Below are positions 19,459 to 28,970 of a DNA stretch of 64,000 nucleotides, in pieces. Source of the DNA: Bacteriovoracaceae bacterium (lineage in GTDB: Bacteria > Bdellovibrionota > Bacteriovoracia > Bacteriovoracales > Bacteriovoracaceae); NCBI GenBank assembly GCA_048270185.1, contig JBLWTJ010000001.1, positions 1,056,001 to 1,120,000 of the forward strand, read 5' to 3'. The translations under genes and the position numbers were made by a program. How positions within the stretch are numbered: position 1 is the first letter of the stretch; each line of letters starts with the position of its first letter. The notes below the pieces were generated by a model. That model was not told the DNA's origin. It made no database searches and saw only the letters and a list, made by a program, of their open reading frames with translations.

Positions 19459-20174
19459 GGTTTAATATTTTCAAATATTATATTAGCACCTAAACGCTTG
19501 GCCGTCCTCATTTGTTGTTCAGTTTTTACAGTCCAAAAAACGAGGTGGTTAAATGTGAATTTCTTAATGATTCCAAGTTGTATTTTAGAATAAGTATCAA
19601 TATCAAGCCCCACATAATCAGGACGTATGACAGGAAGGAAAGTCATATTGGCCAAAGCCTGTTGTTTAAGAAGACTAAGCTTGGTATCACTAAAGTCTCT
19701 TGTCACAAGAAGTCCTAAGATAACCGCTGGATAGTGCTTGCGAAACCATTTGAGACAGAGTGGATTAAATGATTGAATGGTATACTCGCCCTCATAGCCT
19801 TGTAGCTCACGCATTGTCGCAGCTTCCAACTCTCCATTGTGCTCAATAACTTTAATTTCTATAATGAGTGGTACTTGTCCCTGAACAAGATCGAGAACTT
19901 CTCTAAGAGTTGGGATTTTCTCCTTCGTACCTAGAAGTTTTAACTCTTTTAAGCTCGATAAAGTATATTGGCCAACCTCTCCATTACTTCCTGTCATGCG
20001 AGTCAATGTCTCATCATGGAAGACGATGACCTCACCATCAATAGAAAGATGAACATCAAGTTCGATGGCGTAGCCATGCTTAATGGCCGCCTTAAAAGCG
20101 GCCGTGGAATTCTCAGGCTTCTTACTATCGTGAAGGCCGCGGTGGGCAATGTAAGTATCGAGATAAAATGTCAT
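19455..20174 (-). CDS. Glycerophosphodiester phosphodiesterase family
   Basis: IAHRG, PENS, IELDV, HD, IEIK, QSF, WTV. Confidence 0.92.
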   Translation of the reverse strand: MTFYLDTYIAHRGLHDSKKPENSTAAFKAAIKHGYAIELDVHLSIDGEVIVFHDETLTRMTGSNGEVGQYTLSSLKELKLLGTKEKIPTLREVLDLVQGQVPLIIEIKVIEHNGELEAATMRELQGYEGEYTIQSFNPLCLKWFRKHYPAVILGLLVTRDFSDTKLSLLKQQALANMTFLPVIRPDYVGLDIDTYSKIQLGIIKKFTFNHLVFWTVKTEQQMRTAKRLGANIIFENIKP

Positions 20175-21845
20175 CTATAGTGTCTTTAAGAACATACGAA
20201 GATCGGCCTTATCGTCTTCACTTAATAACTCATTACCTTCTTTATCTGTAAAGATTCTAAAGTAATGTCCTGAGTTTGAAAGTCCTGCTCTTGAAGTATC
20301 AAAGTAAGCTTCTTTAATTCTTCTCTCTTCAGGAATATCCATACCAGTCGGGAAACCGTTACAATCAAAATCAAAGTCCAAGACTGGATCATCAGAAGGA
20401 ATCTGATAGAACGTCTTTACACGATGCTCTGGAGGAGTCATTAGCTCACATAAGTTAGGGATCGCATTATTATGAAGATACGGGTATCTGGCCCAGATTC
20501 CGTCAAGAGGAGGTGGAACATAACCTTCTTGAGGCTCAACGACAGTCTTCATCCATTTTGAAATTTTTAATTCATTAAGCGCTTCGGCAAAGTACTTCAT
20601 CCCTTCATAGCGAAGAGGATCTGTTCCAACATTCTTAACAGGAGTTGTTTCATGATAAATAAGTCTCTTTGTCTTAATTTGCTCTGTCTTTGACATAAGG
20701 CCAGCAAAAGGTTCAGACCAATTCTTCTCATACTCACCGTGACATTTCTGACAGCGGTTCTGATAAACCTTCTCACCTCTTTTTGCTGCATCAATATCGA
20801 TACGAGAGATATCAAAGAAATCTGAGATCGGTGGTGGCTTCATCGAGAAAGCGGCTGCCGTTAATTCTTTAATTGTCTCAGGATTATCTTGCATCCACTT
20901 TTCTAATTCTCGCAGATCAGTTCCGCGTCCAAGCTCATTCCACAGAAAATTTGTAAAGATTGGATTTCCAGAAACGATTGAACCATCAGATAACCAACGC
21001 GTCTTATACTTGAGATTCCACCATACAGCTGGCTTTGAATCTGCAACAGTCGTTTCAAGAGGATTATAGCGGGGAAATAATTGTGCCACTTTTGACTTGG
21101 TTGCGTACTCGTCTTGTTTACGACGAGAAAGAGAGAGAGCAACTTGAGGAAGAGAAGTATCAAGACCAAGAACCATAGGAGATGTTACTCCGACAGCACC
21201 AATATTAGTCTTTGTTCTCTTTAGCATTAGCCTTTCTTCTTCAGTGGCCTGAGTAACTTTTTTAAACATCTTTGTCGGAACAAATGGCAGTAGCTTCTTG
21301 GCCTTAACAAATAGTTCATTGGCCTTAACTGCCTTATTTGTGAGTCCCATCACACTCTTTCCAAAGAGAGTTGCAGAGTGGCATGTGGCACAACTGAAAG
21401 TTAACCCTTTCCCCCACTTCGTTTCGATAATACTTGCACCCATGTAATAGTCAGGCTTATGACCTTCAGGATATGGAATTCGATAGATACCAGTTGCATC
21501 TTCATCATTATATGGATTTAGTCCTAGCCATTGATAAAAAGCTTCAACACTATCAACACCAAATTGTTTTTCACCTAATTTAGTTAGAACGAAATTAATA
21601 AATTTCTCATCTTTTAATTCAAAGAAATTATTAAAGGCATTGTATGGAATAAGAAGGCCTGTGACAGAAACAGGATAAACTAAGGCATGGCCAAGCCCAG
21701 CTTGAGTCACATCATAATATTCTTCTTGAGATAACTCATAAATATTTTCGCGATTTTCGCCTTCTTCAACACGAGCGTTGCGACTCCAGTCAGGAGCAAA
21801 GGCCCAAGAAGTTGTGGCCAGTAAAAGTGGTATTAAAAATTTCAT
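20175..21845 (-). CDS. Secreted diheme c-type cytochrome, RoxA-like
   Basis: Signal peptide; CATCH and CQKCH; VGTDP; YVPPPLDGIWARYPYLHN; SNSGH. Confidence 0.78.
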   Translation of the reverse strand: MKFLIPLLLATTSWAFAPDWSRNARVEEGENRENIYELSQEEYYDVTQAGLGHALVYPVSVTGLLIPYNAFNNFFELKDEKFINFVLTKLGEKQFGVDSVEAFYQWLGLNPYNDEDATGIYRIPYPEGHKPDYYMGASIIETKWGKGLTFSCATCHSATLFGKSVMGLTNKAVKANELFVKAKKLLPFVPTKMFKKVTQATEEERLMLKRTKTNIGAVGVTSPMVLGLDTSLPQVALSLSRRKQDEYATKSKVAQLFPRYNPLETTVADSKPAVWWNLKYKTRWLSDGSIVSGNPIFTNFLWNELGRGTDLRELEKWMQDNPETIKELTAAAFSMKPPPISDFFDISRIDIDAAKRGEKVYQNRCQKCHGEYEKNWSEPFAGLMSKTEQIKTKRLIYHETTPVKNVGTDPLRYEGMKYFAEALNELKISKWMKTVVEPQEGYVPPPLDGIWARYPYLHNNAIPNLCELMTPPEHRVKTFYQIPSDDPVLDFDFDCNGFPTGMDIPEERRIKEAYFDTSRAGLSNSGHYFRIFTDKEGNELLSEDDKADLRMFLKTL

Positions 21846-21853
21846 TCTCTCCC

Positions 21854-23284
21854 CTAAAATAAAATTAACTTTTTGCGAGTATAGGTCTCCATAGCATAGC
21901 CAATTCCCTCACGGCCTAAACCAGAGTCCTTTTCTCCTCCGTAAGGCATTGCATCCATACGAAACCCAGGGACATTATTAAAAATTAATCCCCCTACTTG
22001 AGTCTTCTTACTCGCCTCTTTCATATTTACTAAGTTGTTCGTGAAAATACCAGCTTGCAGTCCGTAATTTGAATCATTTACCAACTCAATGGCCTCGCTA
22101 AACGAGTCATAAGGCTCTAGAATTACGACAGGTCCAAAGATTTCTTCTGAAACAACTTTCATATCTAAGATAGTATTTGTTAGAACCGTTGGCGCGTAGA
22201 TATTCTTCTCTTCATCAAGGATATAACCACCACACAGGAGTTCGGCCCCATCTCTGATGGCCTCTTGTACCCAAGAGTGAATTCGGTTGAGAGCATCTGT
22301 ATTGATAAGTGGTCCATTGATGACAGTCATATCTTGCGGATTACCTGAGACAACTTCCTCAACTTGCTCAACAAAGTACTGTGAGAATTCTTCAAAGATA
22401 TCCTTGGCGACATAAATTCTTTGAGTAGAAATACAGATTTGACCAGAGTAAAGATAAGCACCCTTAATGATCTGATCGGCCACTTCTTCAATATCTTCCA
22501 CATCATTAACAATCACAGCAGCGTTTCCACCAAGCTCTAAAATTGACTCCTTTTTACGAGAGAGGGCCTTAAGCTTCCAACCAACTTGGGCACTTCCAGT
22601 AAAAGAGAAAATACTGATGCGATCATCTTCAACAAATTGCTGGGCCAGATCGTTATCGCAAGTAACAATATTTAAAATTCCTTTTGGAAAGCCAACCATT
22701 GATAGCAGGCGTGCAAAAGCAAGAAGAGTAATTGGAGTTGCTGGAGACGGTTTAATAATCACACTACAGCCAACAGCAAGGGCCGGTGCAATTTTATGTA
22801 GAGCAAGATTTAGTGGAAAATTAAATGGGGAAATACCAAAGACAATTCCAGCTGGCTCATGCATTACCATGGCCATTTTGTCTTTGCCGATTCCATAAGA
22901 GAGATCCGGTGTTTCTCTTTTTTGATGACGGGCCATTTCTGCACTAAGTTTAATTGTTTCAATACAGCGCTCGACTTCTGCTCTAGCATAACTAATTGGC
23001 TTACCTGCTTCTCGACAAATCAGCTCAGCAAAGAACTTCTTTTCTTCTTCAAGACTTGCGGCCAAGTCAAATAAGAGAGAGCTTCTTCTTGCACTATCAA
23101 AACTTTTAAAATCTTCAAAAGCATTTTGTGATGATTCGATAACTTCTTCATATTGACTATCTTCTAAGTAATCAACGCTATTTAAAATTGTTTGCTCATA
23201 CTTATCAAAGACATCAAAAGATTCATTTCCGTGCAGGAATTCATTTGCGACAAATGAAGATCGGAATTGCTCGAAATTATGCAT
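21854..23284 (-). CDS. NAD-dependent aldehyde dehydrogenase
   Basis: PFNFP, KP, FTGS, LELGGN, GQICIS, EIFGP. Confidence 0.95.
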   Translation of the reverse strand: MHNFEQFRSSFVANEFLHGNESFDVFDKYEQTILNSVDYLEDSQYEEVIESSQNAFEDFKSFDSARRSSLLFDLAASLEEEKKFFAELICREAGKPISYARAEVERCIETIKLSAEMARHQKRETPDLSYGIGKDKMAMVMHEPAGIVFGISPFNFPLNLALHKIAPALAVGCSVIIKPSPATPITLLAFARLLSMVGFPKGILNIVTCDNDLAQQFVEDDRISIFSFTGSAQVGWKLKALSRKKESILELGGNAAVIVNDVEDIEEVADQIIKGAYLYSGQICISTQRIYVAKDIFEEFSQYFVEQVEEVVSGNPQDMTVINGPLINTDALNRIHSWVQEAIRDGAELLCGGYILDEEKNIYAPTVLTNTILDMKVVSEEIFGPVVILEPYDSFSEAIELVNDSNYGLQAGIFTNNLVNMKEASKKTQVGGLIFNNVPGFRMDAMPYGGEKDSGLGREGIGYAMETYTRKKLILF

Positions 23285-23310
23285 AAAAAAACCACCTTGT
23301 TTAAGGTGGT
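23285..23310 (-). terminator. Intrinsic terminator of the 79-aa gene; 3' arm doubles as SD of the ALDH gene
   Basis: Minus strand ACCACCTT-AAAC-AAGGTGGT then TTTTTT then ATG. Confidence 0.7.
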
Positions 23311-23350
23311 ATTTTATCTATTATGATTTTAAAGGGTCAATTAATATTAC

Positions 23351-23590
23351 TTAAAAATCAAATTCGCTCCCAGCGTGTTGATGGGACAATTCGCTATTTA
23401 GTGATGGATTATCTCGCAAGAAAAGCTCCTCTCCACCCATGAACAACTTAATTGAACATAAGTAACAAAGCTTAATCTTCACTTCACGCCCATTAAAGCT
23501 TGAGTATAAACGGGCCTTAACCATTTTACTTCGACGAGGTCCGTTGGCCAGTGACCAGTTTCTTCCCGCAGCAGAACATGCATCGCACAT
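23351..23590 (-). CDS. Small CxxC...CxxC putative zinc-binding protein
   Basis: CDAC and CYLC; GAGG RBS upstream. Confidence 0.65.
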   Translation of the reverse strand: MCDACSAAGRNWSLANGPRRSKMVKARLYSSFNGREVKIKLCYLCSIKLFMGGEELFLRDNPSLNSELSHQHAGSEFDF

Positions 23591-23652
23591 ATCTTAATTC
23601 CTCACTAAAAAAAATATTTGATCCATATTTATTATTTAATTCTTCAAATATA

Positions 23653-23679
23653 TTATCGTCATTCTAGAAGAAAACTTAA
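23653..23679 (-). promoter_or_regulatory. Sigma-28 (FliA)-like promoter
   Basis: TTAAGTTT-N11-GACGATAA versus consensus TAAAGTTT-N11-GCCGATAA. Confidence 0.55.
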
Positions 23680-23833
23680 TAAATTTATATTTATCGTATT
23701 TTCATATAGTTACACTTTACAGAATTTCCCAGAAACGCCAATTTTAGGAGCCTTTCATTAATTTCTGGCCAGAAAAAATTCCATCGTGATACCTTTTATA
23801 AGTTATTGAAAATCAAAGAATTCGGAGAACTTA

Positions 23834-25825
23834 ATGACTTCAAAAATTAGTCCATTGAAAGTAGTAAATAAACTAGCATCGGCCCCAACGAGCGCACCAA
23901 AATACGCCCAAGTTGTGAAAAATGCCAAAGGAGAAGAAGTAACTCTTGCTGATCCACGTGCCACAAGAGCTTTAGTGGCCCTTATGAATCAACACGCTGT
24001 AATCGGAGGCGCTGCTTGTCACTGGGGTGGCCCTGCTGCATTTGCTGAAATGATGAGTGCTCTTCACGAAATTATGTTCTCAAGCGGATCTCAGTGGTAT
24101 GACAATTACAACTTTGTAAACGATGCTGGACACGCTGAAAACGGAATCTATGCCCTCCGTGCAAACTTAGGTTTTGATAATCTAAACTTTGAAGCATTAA
24201 GAGGTTTTCGTTCAATCAATTCTAAACTTACTGGTCACGGTGAAGCACACTTAAATCCAGAAGGTGTTTTTATATCTAACGGGCCACTTGGCTCAGGACT
24301 TCCACAAGCTCAAGGCCTTGCCCTTGCAGACAAGCTTATTGGAAATAATCGCACAACAATTTGTACAATCTCTGATGGTGGTTGTATGGAAGGTGAAGCA
24401 CGTGAGGCCATGGCCGCAATTTCAGGTCTTGCCCACAAAGGTAAGATGAACCCATTTGTCATGATTATCAGTGATAATAATACAAAACTAGGTGGACGTA
24501 TTACTGAAGATAGTTTCGATATGGGTGCAAGTTTTGAATCACTAAGTGCACTTGGATGGAATGTAAAAACAATTGAAGAAGGTCACAACCTAGAAGTTGT
24601 TTATAATGGTATTCAAGCAGGAATTGATAGTGCAAAAAGTGACAGTACAAAACCAGTAGCTCTTATTATCAAAACAATTAAGGGTTACGGTGTTAAATCA
24701 ACTGAAGAAGCAAAGTCTGGAGGACATGGTTATCCACTAGGTGCTTATGATGATAAGTTAATTGCTTTCCTTGAAGAGATTTACTCAGGAGATACTTGTC
24801 CAACTGAATTCATTGACTGGGCAAATGAAATCCTTTCTTCAAAACCAGAACCAAAAGAAGCAAGTGCAAATAAAGCACCAACAGATAAAGTTCAACCAGG
24901 TCTTTCAAATGCCATGATTAAAGCTTGTGAAGAGGGTCTTCCAGTATTCTCTGTTACAGCAGACCTTGCTGGCTCAACTGGAGTAGCAGCTTTTCAAAAG
25001 GCCTTCCCTTCTCACTATGTTGATGTTGGTATCGCTGAATCAAATATGGTTTCCCATGCCGTAGGTATGGCAAAACAAGGATTCATCCCTGTTGTTGATA
25101 CATTTGCACAATTTGGTGTAACAAAAGGAAACCTTCCTCTAATCATGTCTCAATTATCTCAAGGTGCTGTGATTTGTTTATTCTCACACACAGGATTCCA
25201 AGATGCAGCAGATGGTGCTTCTCACCAAGCAACAACTTACTTCTCGGCAGTGGCCGGAATTCCAAATACAAATGTTATCGCTCTTTCAACTAAGGAAGAA
25301 GCTGAAAACTATATGTACCAAGCAATTAAGAGATATGAAGAAGCAACTCTAAAAGGTGAAACACCTGAAACAACAGTCTTCTTCTTTGGACGTGAAAAAC
25401 ACCCAGTATCATACTTAGAAAACTCGACTTACCCATGGGGTAAAGCTCAAGTACTTCGTCAAGGTACAGATGGAATTATCGTTACTCACGGACCGCTTGT
25501 TCAACAGGCCCTTGAAGCAGCAACAGAGCTTCAATCGAAAGGAAAGAATGTAACTGTTATTAATAATCCATTTATTAATAAAATTGACACAGACACTTTC
25601 AAGGAACAACTTGCAAAGAATGGTGGAAAGATTGTAACAGTTGAAGATCATCAACTAACAGCAGGAGCAGGAGCAATCCTATGTCACGCCCTCAAAATGG
25701 CCGGACTAGAATTTGAAATGAAATCCCTTGGTAACGATGGTCACTTTGGACAATCTTCTTATACTGCAGATGAGCTTTACGAAAAGTTTGGCTTTGATGC
25801 AAAAGCAATTATTAATCAATTCTAA
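23834..25825 (+). CDS. Transketolase family, single chain
   Basis: H.GG, GH, GPLGSG, SDG...EG...N ThDP motif, ADL..ST, GIAE, DGASHQ, VEDH. Confidence 0.88.
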   Translation: MTSKISPLKVVNKLASAPTSAPKYAQVVKNAKGEEVTLADPRATRALVALMNQHAVIGGAACHWGGPAAFAEMMSALHEIMFSSGSQWYDNYNFVNDAGHAENGIYALRANLGFDNLNFEALRGFRSINSKLTGHGEAHLNPEGVFISNGPLGSGLPQAQGLALADKLIGNNRTTICTISDGGCMEGEAREAMAAISGLAHKGKMNPFVMIISDNNTKLGGRITEDSFDMGASFESLSALGWNVKTIEEGHNLEVVYNGIQAGIDSAKSDSTKPVALIIKTIKGYGVKSTEEAKSGGHGYPLGAYDDKLIAFLEEIYSGDTCPTEFIDWANEILSSKPEPKEASANKAPTDKVQPGLSNAMIKACEEGLPVFSVTADLAGSTGVAAFQKAFPSHYVDVGIAESNMVSHAVGMAKQGFIPVVDTFAQFGVTKGNLPLIMSQLSQGAVICLFSHTGFQDAADGASHQATTYFSAVAGIPNTNVIALSTKEEAENYMYQAIKRYEEATLKGETPETTVFFFGREKHPVSYLENSTYPWGKAQVLRQGTDGIIVTHGPLVQQALEAATELQSKGKNVTVINNPFINKIDTDTFKEQLAKNGGKIVTVEDHQLTAGAGAILCHALKMAGLEFEMKSLGNDGHFGQSSYTADELYEKFGFDAKAIINQF

Positions 25826-25830
25826 ATAAA

Positions 25831-25859
25831 AAAAAGCCTCTGTTTTACAGAGGCTTTTT
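25831..25859. terminator. Bidirectional intrinsic terminator
   Basis: AAAAAGCCTCTGT-TTT-ACAGAGGCTTTTT at the junction of convergent genes. Confidence 0.8.
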
Positions 25860-27728
25860 ATATTCTACAATCATTCTCTCTTCGAGATCTTTATAACAAA
25901 ATTCTTCAGGCTGAATGGCCGGTAGAACGACAATTTTAATTTTTCGACGTTTAAAAATATTCCAACGAATTCCCTTAAACACACCTTTTCCAGAGAAAGA
26001 ATAGAAGCTTCCCCATAGGCCTTTAATTACAATTGGAACTACTTGAGCATTAGTTTGCTCAACAACCTTCTTGATTCCTGGTTGATACTTACGAGGTTCA
26101 CCATCACGAGTGATCCATCCTTCAGGAAAGAAGCCAACACATCGTTCTTCACTTAGAGTGTCATTTAGTTTTGAATAGGCTTTATCAAGAAGCTCTGGAT
26201 CTTCCTTACGAGTTGCAATTGGAATCAAATGCCCTTGCATAAAGAATTGTTTTAATCCTGGAATCTTATAATAACGGTGATCGATCACCCATCGAATAGG
26301 ACGAGGAGATAAACTCATAACGACTCCCCAATCGACAAATGAAGTATGGTTTGCTGCGATGACAAGCCTTCCTTCTTTTGGAATATTGTCTTCTCCAACC
26401 ACTTCAATTTTGTAGAGAATATTTGTGATCCAATCAAAAACAAATCGCCACATTTCTTCGTGGAAGAACCAATAAGAAATACCTGCATAAATTAAATTAA
26501 CGACTCCAAGAATAAGTAGATTATCGAGTGCCGTAAATCCCGCCTTTTTAAGCATAATAATAGAAACGGCAGCAAAAACCATAAAAATTGCATTCCAAAT
26601 ATTATTGGCCGCAATCGTACGAGCAAGTTTTTCAATTGGCGAACTATGCTGCATAAAAGTTAATTGAGAGATATAGAAGTTTCCACCAAATATTGTAATT
26701 AAAAGAAGATCTGTAATTGCTCTAATGGCCAGAGGTTGAGCAAAGAATTCAGCAGGTGCCATTAAGCCTGTAATCGAAACTGGCCACTGAGTAGAGATAT
26801 AGTATAGATCAAATACGGCCAGAGACATTCCGACAGCAGCAAGTGGAACCATTCCGACTTCAATTCGCTTTCCAGAAAGTTTCGAACATATCCAAGACCC
26901 CAGTCCCATCCCTATTGTAAAAGTTGCCATAAAAATTGAAGCAACCATTTCGCTTCCGTAAAATACATTCTTAATAATCGCAGGCATAACAGAGAGAACA
27001 AATGAGCCTAAAAGCCAAAACCAAGAAACTCCCATGATAGCGCGAAATGAATTCTTATCCTTAAGGGAATTGGCCAAGAGCTGGAAAGTAGGTTTTACAA
27101 ATGTATAATCTATTTTTACATCATTATTAATATCATTAATTTTGTTTTGGAAGTGGGCCGTCACTACACCTAAGACAGCAAAAATTAAAATAGCGAAGGC
27201 TGCCGTGTCTGTTGCATCCGGTGCAGCTGCTGCAAGGCCTCCAATAATTGTACCAATTAAAATAGCAATAAAAGTTCCACCACCAATTAAGGCCGTTCCA
27301 GTCGTCAACTCTTCATCTTTTAAAATAGTTCTTAATGATGAAAACTTAACAGGAGAAAAGAATGATGACTGGGCCCCCATAAAGAAGAGCGTTAGCATTA
27401 GCAGTCCATAACTCTCTAAGATAAACCCAAGGGCCCCCACAACCATGAACGCAAGTTCCGTGAACTTTGTGACCTTAATAACCTTGGCCTTATCGTAGTG
27501 GTCAGAGATCTGTCCAGATGTTGCTGAAAAGAGCACATAGGGAAAGATAAAGGCACCACCTGCAAAGGCCACAAGAGACTCAGCTCCAAGACCAAATAGT
27601 GAAACGTTCTTATAGGTAATCAGTAGAATGAGAGCATTCTTAAATACGTTATCATTGGCCGCACCTAGGAACATTGTCCAAAATAGAGGCCAGAATTTTC
27701 TTTCTTTGTATAGCATTGCTAATGACAT
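25845..27728 (-). CDS. MFS (LplT-like) transporter fused to PlsC-type acyltransferase
   Basis: GAANDNVFKNA MFS start, many TM helices; NHTSFVD and FPEG acyltransferase motifs. Confidence 0.88.
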   Translation of the reverse strand: MSLAMLYKERKFWPLFWTMFLGAANDNVFKNALILLITYKNVSLFGLGAESLVAFAGGAFIFPYVLFSATSGQISDHYDKAKVIKVTKFTELAFMVVGALGFILESYGLLMLTLFFMGAQSSFFSPVKFSSLRTILKDEELTTGTALIGGGTFIAILIGTIIGGLAAAAPDATDTAAFAILIFAVLGVVTAHFQNKINDINNDVKIDYTFVKPTFQLLANSLKDKNSFRAIMGVSWFWLLGSFVLSVMPAIIKNVFYGSEMVASIFMATFTIGMGLGSWICSKLSGKRIEVGMVPLAAVGMSLAVFDLYYISTQWPVSITGLMAPAEFFAQPLAIRAITDLLLITIFGGNFYISQLTFMQHSSPIEKLARTIAANNIWNAIFMVFAAVSIIMLKKAGFTALDNLLILGVVNLIYAGISYWFFHEEMWRFVFDWITNILYKIEVVGEDNIPKEGRLVIAANHTSFVDWGVVMSLSPRPIRWVIDHRYYKIPGLKQFFMQGHLIPIATRKEDPELLDKAYSKLNDTLSEERCVGFFPEGWITRDGEPRKYQPGIKKVVEQTNAQVVPIVIKGLWGSFYSFSGKGVFKGIRWNIFKRRKIKIVVLPAIQPEEFCYKDLEERMIVEYKKPL

Positions 27729-27810
27729 GGATTTTTCCTTAAATAATACTTAACATTATTGTACTATTATTTACTAATACGGCATGACGCATTTACCCGA
27801 AAGGAAGAAC

Positions 27811-28455
27811 ATGAAATTATACCATTATATCCATTGTCCATTTTGTATTCGAGTTCGTATGGCACTCGGTTTCTTCGGTCTCGATTACGAATCGATCGTC
27901 CTAGACTACAATGACGAAGAAACACCTATTGCTCTAACTGGCACGAAAATGTTACCAATTATGGAAATTGATGGTGTTGTGATGAATGAATCTCTCGAAA
28001 TAATTAAGACACTTGCAATGAAAAGTGACAAAGATTTATTTTTAAGTGAATTAGATGGTGAGAAATGGGATCAATTAAATTTACTTTTAAATACACTAGG
28101 AAGTGATATTCATAACCTCTGTATGCCTTATTGGGCCTGGTCAAAAGAATTTACTCCTGAAGCTCGTGAGTATTTTATAAAAAAGAAATCAGCAAAGCGT
28201 GGCCCATTTAATATTCTTGCTCAAAATAAAGACATCTATCTTCAAGGATTAGACTCAACACTATCGAGCTTAACTTCAAAACTCATTCCATTCTATGAGA
28301 ATTCAAATATTACAATATTAGATATAGCTCTAGCATCACACCTTTGGGGAATGTATATCTTTCCGGAGTTTCAATTTCCACCACAGATTCATATCTACCT
28401 ACAAAGCGTGAGAGAAAAGACAAATTTTAATTATCACGAAGATTTTTGGCGTTAG
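27811..28455 (+). CDS. grxB: Glutaredoxin 2 (GrxB/GST-like)
   Basis: MKLYHY.HCPFC, G.KMLP, ESLEI, AREYF.KKK; RBS before 27811. Confidence 0.8.
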   Translation: MKLYHYIHCPFCIRVRMALGFFGLDYESIVLDYNDEETPIALTGTKMLPIMEIDGVVMNESLEIIKTLAMKSDKDLFLSELDGEKWDQLNLLLNTLGSDIHNLCMPYWAWSKEFTPEAREYFIKKKSAKRGPFNILAQNKDIYLQGLDSTLSSLTSKLIPFYENSNITILDIALASHLWGMYIFPEFQFPPQIHIYLQSVREKTNFNYHEDFWR

Positions 28456-28899
28456 CTACTTTTTACCAAGGAAAATCCAAATAGGGCCAATAAGTAAGAA
28501 CTGAAGATCTTCAAAGAAAGATGGCTTCTTTCCTTCAATCTTATGGCCAATGAATTGTCCTATCCAAGAAATAATAAAGATCACAATCCAAGTAGCAAGA
28601 AAGTACTCCCCTAGAAAATCCACTAAGAAGAATTTTGTTAAGAGCATAAATGGAATAACAAGTGTCAGGGCAACAGTGATTGCCTTGATATTTTTGAGAG
28701 TTAAATAAAAGAGACTTGCAAGAATAACAAAGAGCCAGGCCCAATTGAATTCACCAAAGAAAGCAGGTGTCGGTATTTTCCACATCATCCCAAGAAGTGA
28801 CCAAGTAATTAATGGAACACAGACTTCATGTATATGCTGATTGGTACGATTCTGATGTGATTCACCATATAGTTCAAGCCAAGTATCTAAACTTCTCAT
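28456..28899 (-). CDS. DUF962 / Mpo1-like membrane protein
   Basis: YGESHQN..N..IH..CVP; QFIGHKIEGKKPSFFEDL. Confidence 0.88.
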   Translation of the reverse strand: MRSLDTWLELYGESHQNRTNQHIHEVCVPLITWSLLGMMWKIPTPAFFGEFNWAWLFVILASLFYLTLKNIKAITVALTLVIPFMLLTKFFLVDFLGEYFLATWIVIFIISWIGQFIGHKIEGKKPSFFEDLQFLLIGPIWIFLGKK

Positions 28900-28915
28900 A
28901 ACTCTCTCCAGAAAT

Positions 28916-28943
28916 AAAAAAGGGAGATCCTAAGACCTCCCTT
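28916..28943 (-). terminator. Intrinsic terminator of rplY
   Basis: Minus strand AAGGGAGGTC-TTAG-GATCTCCCTT followed by T tract. Confidence 0.75.
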
Positions 28944-28970
28944 CATTATATCATAAAATTTTTAAGCAGA

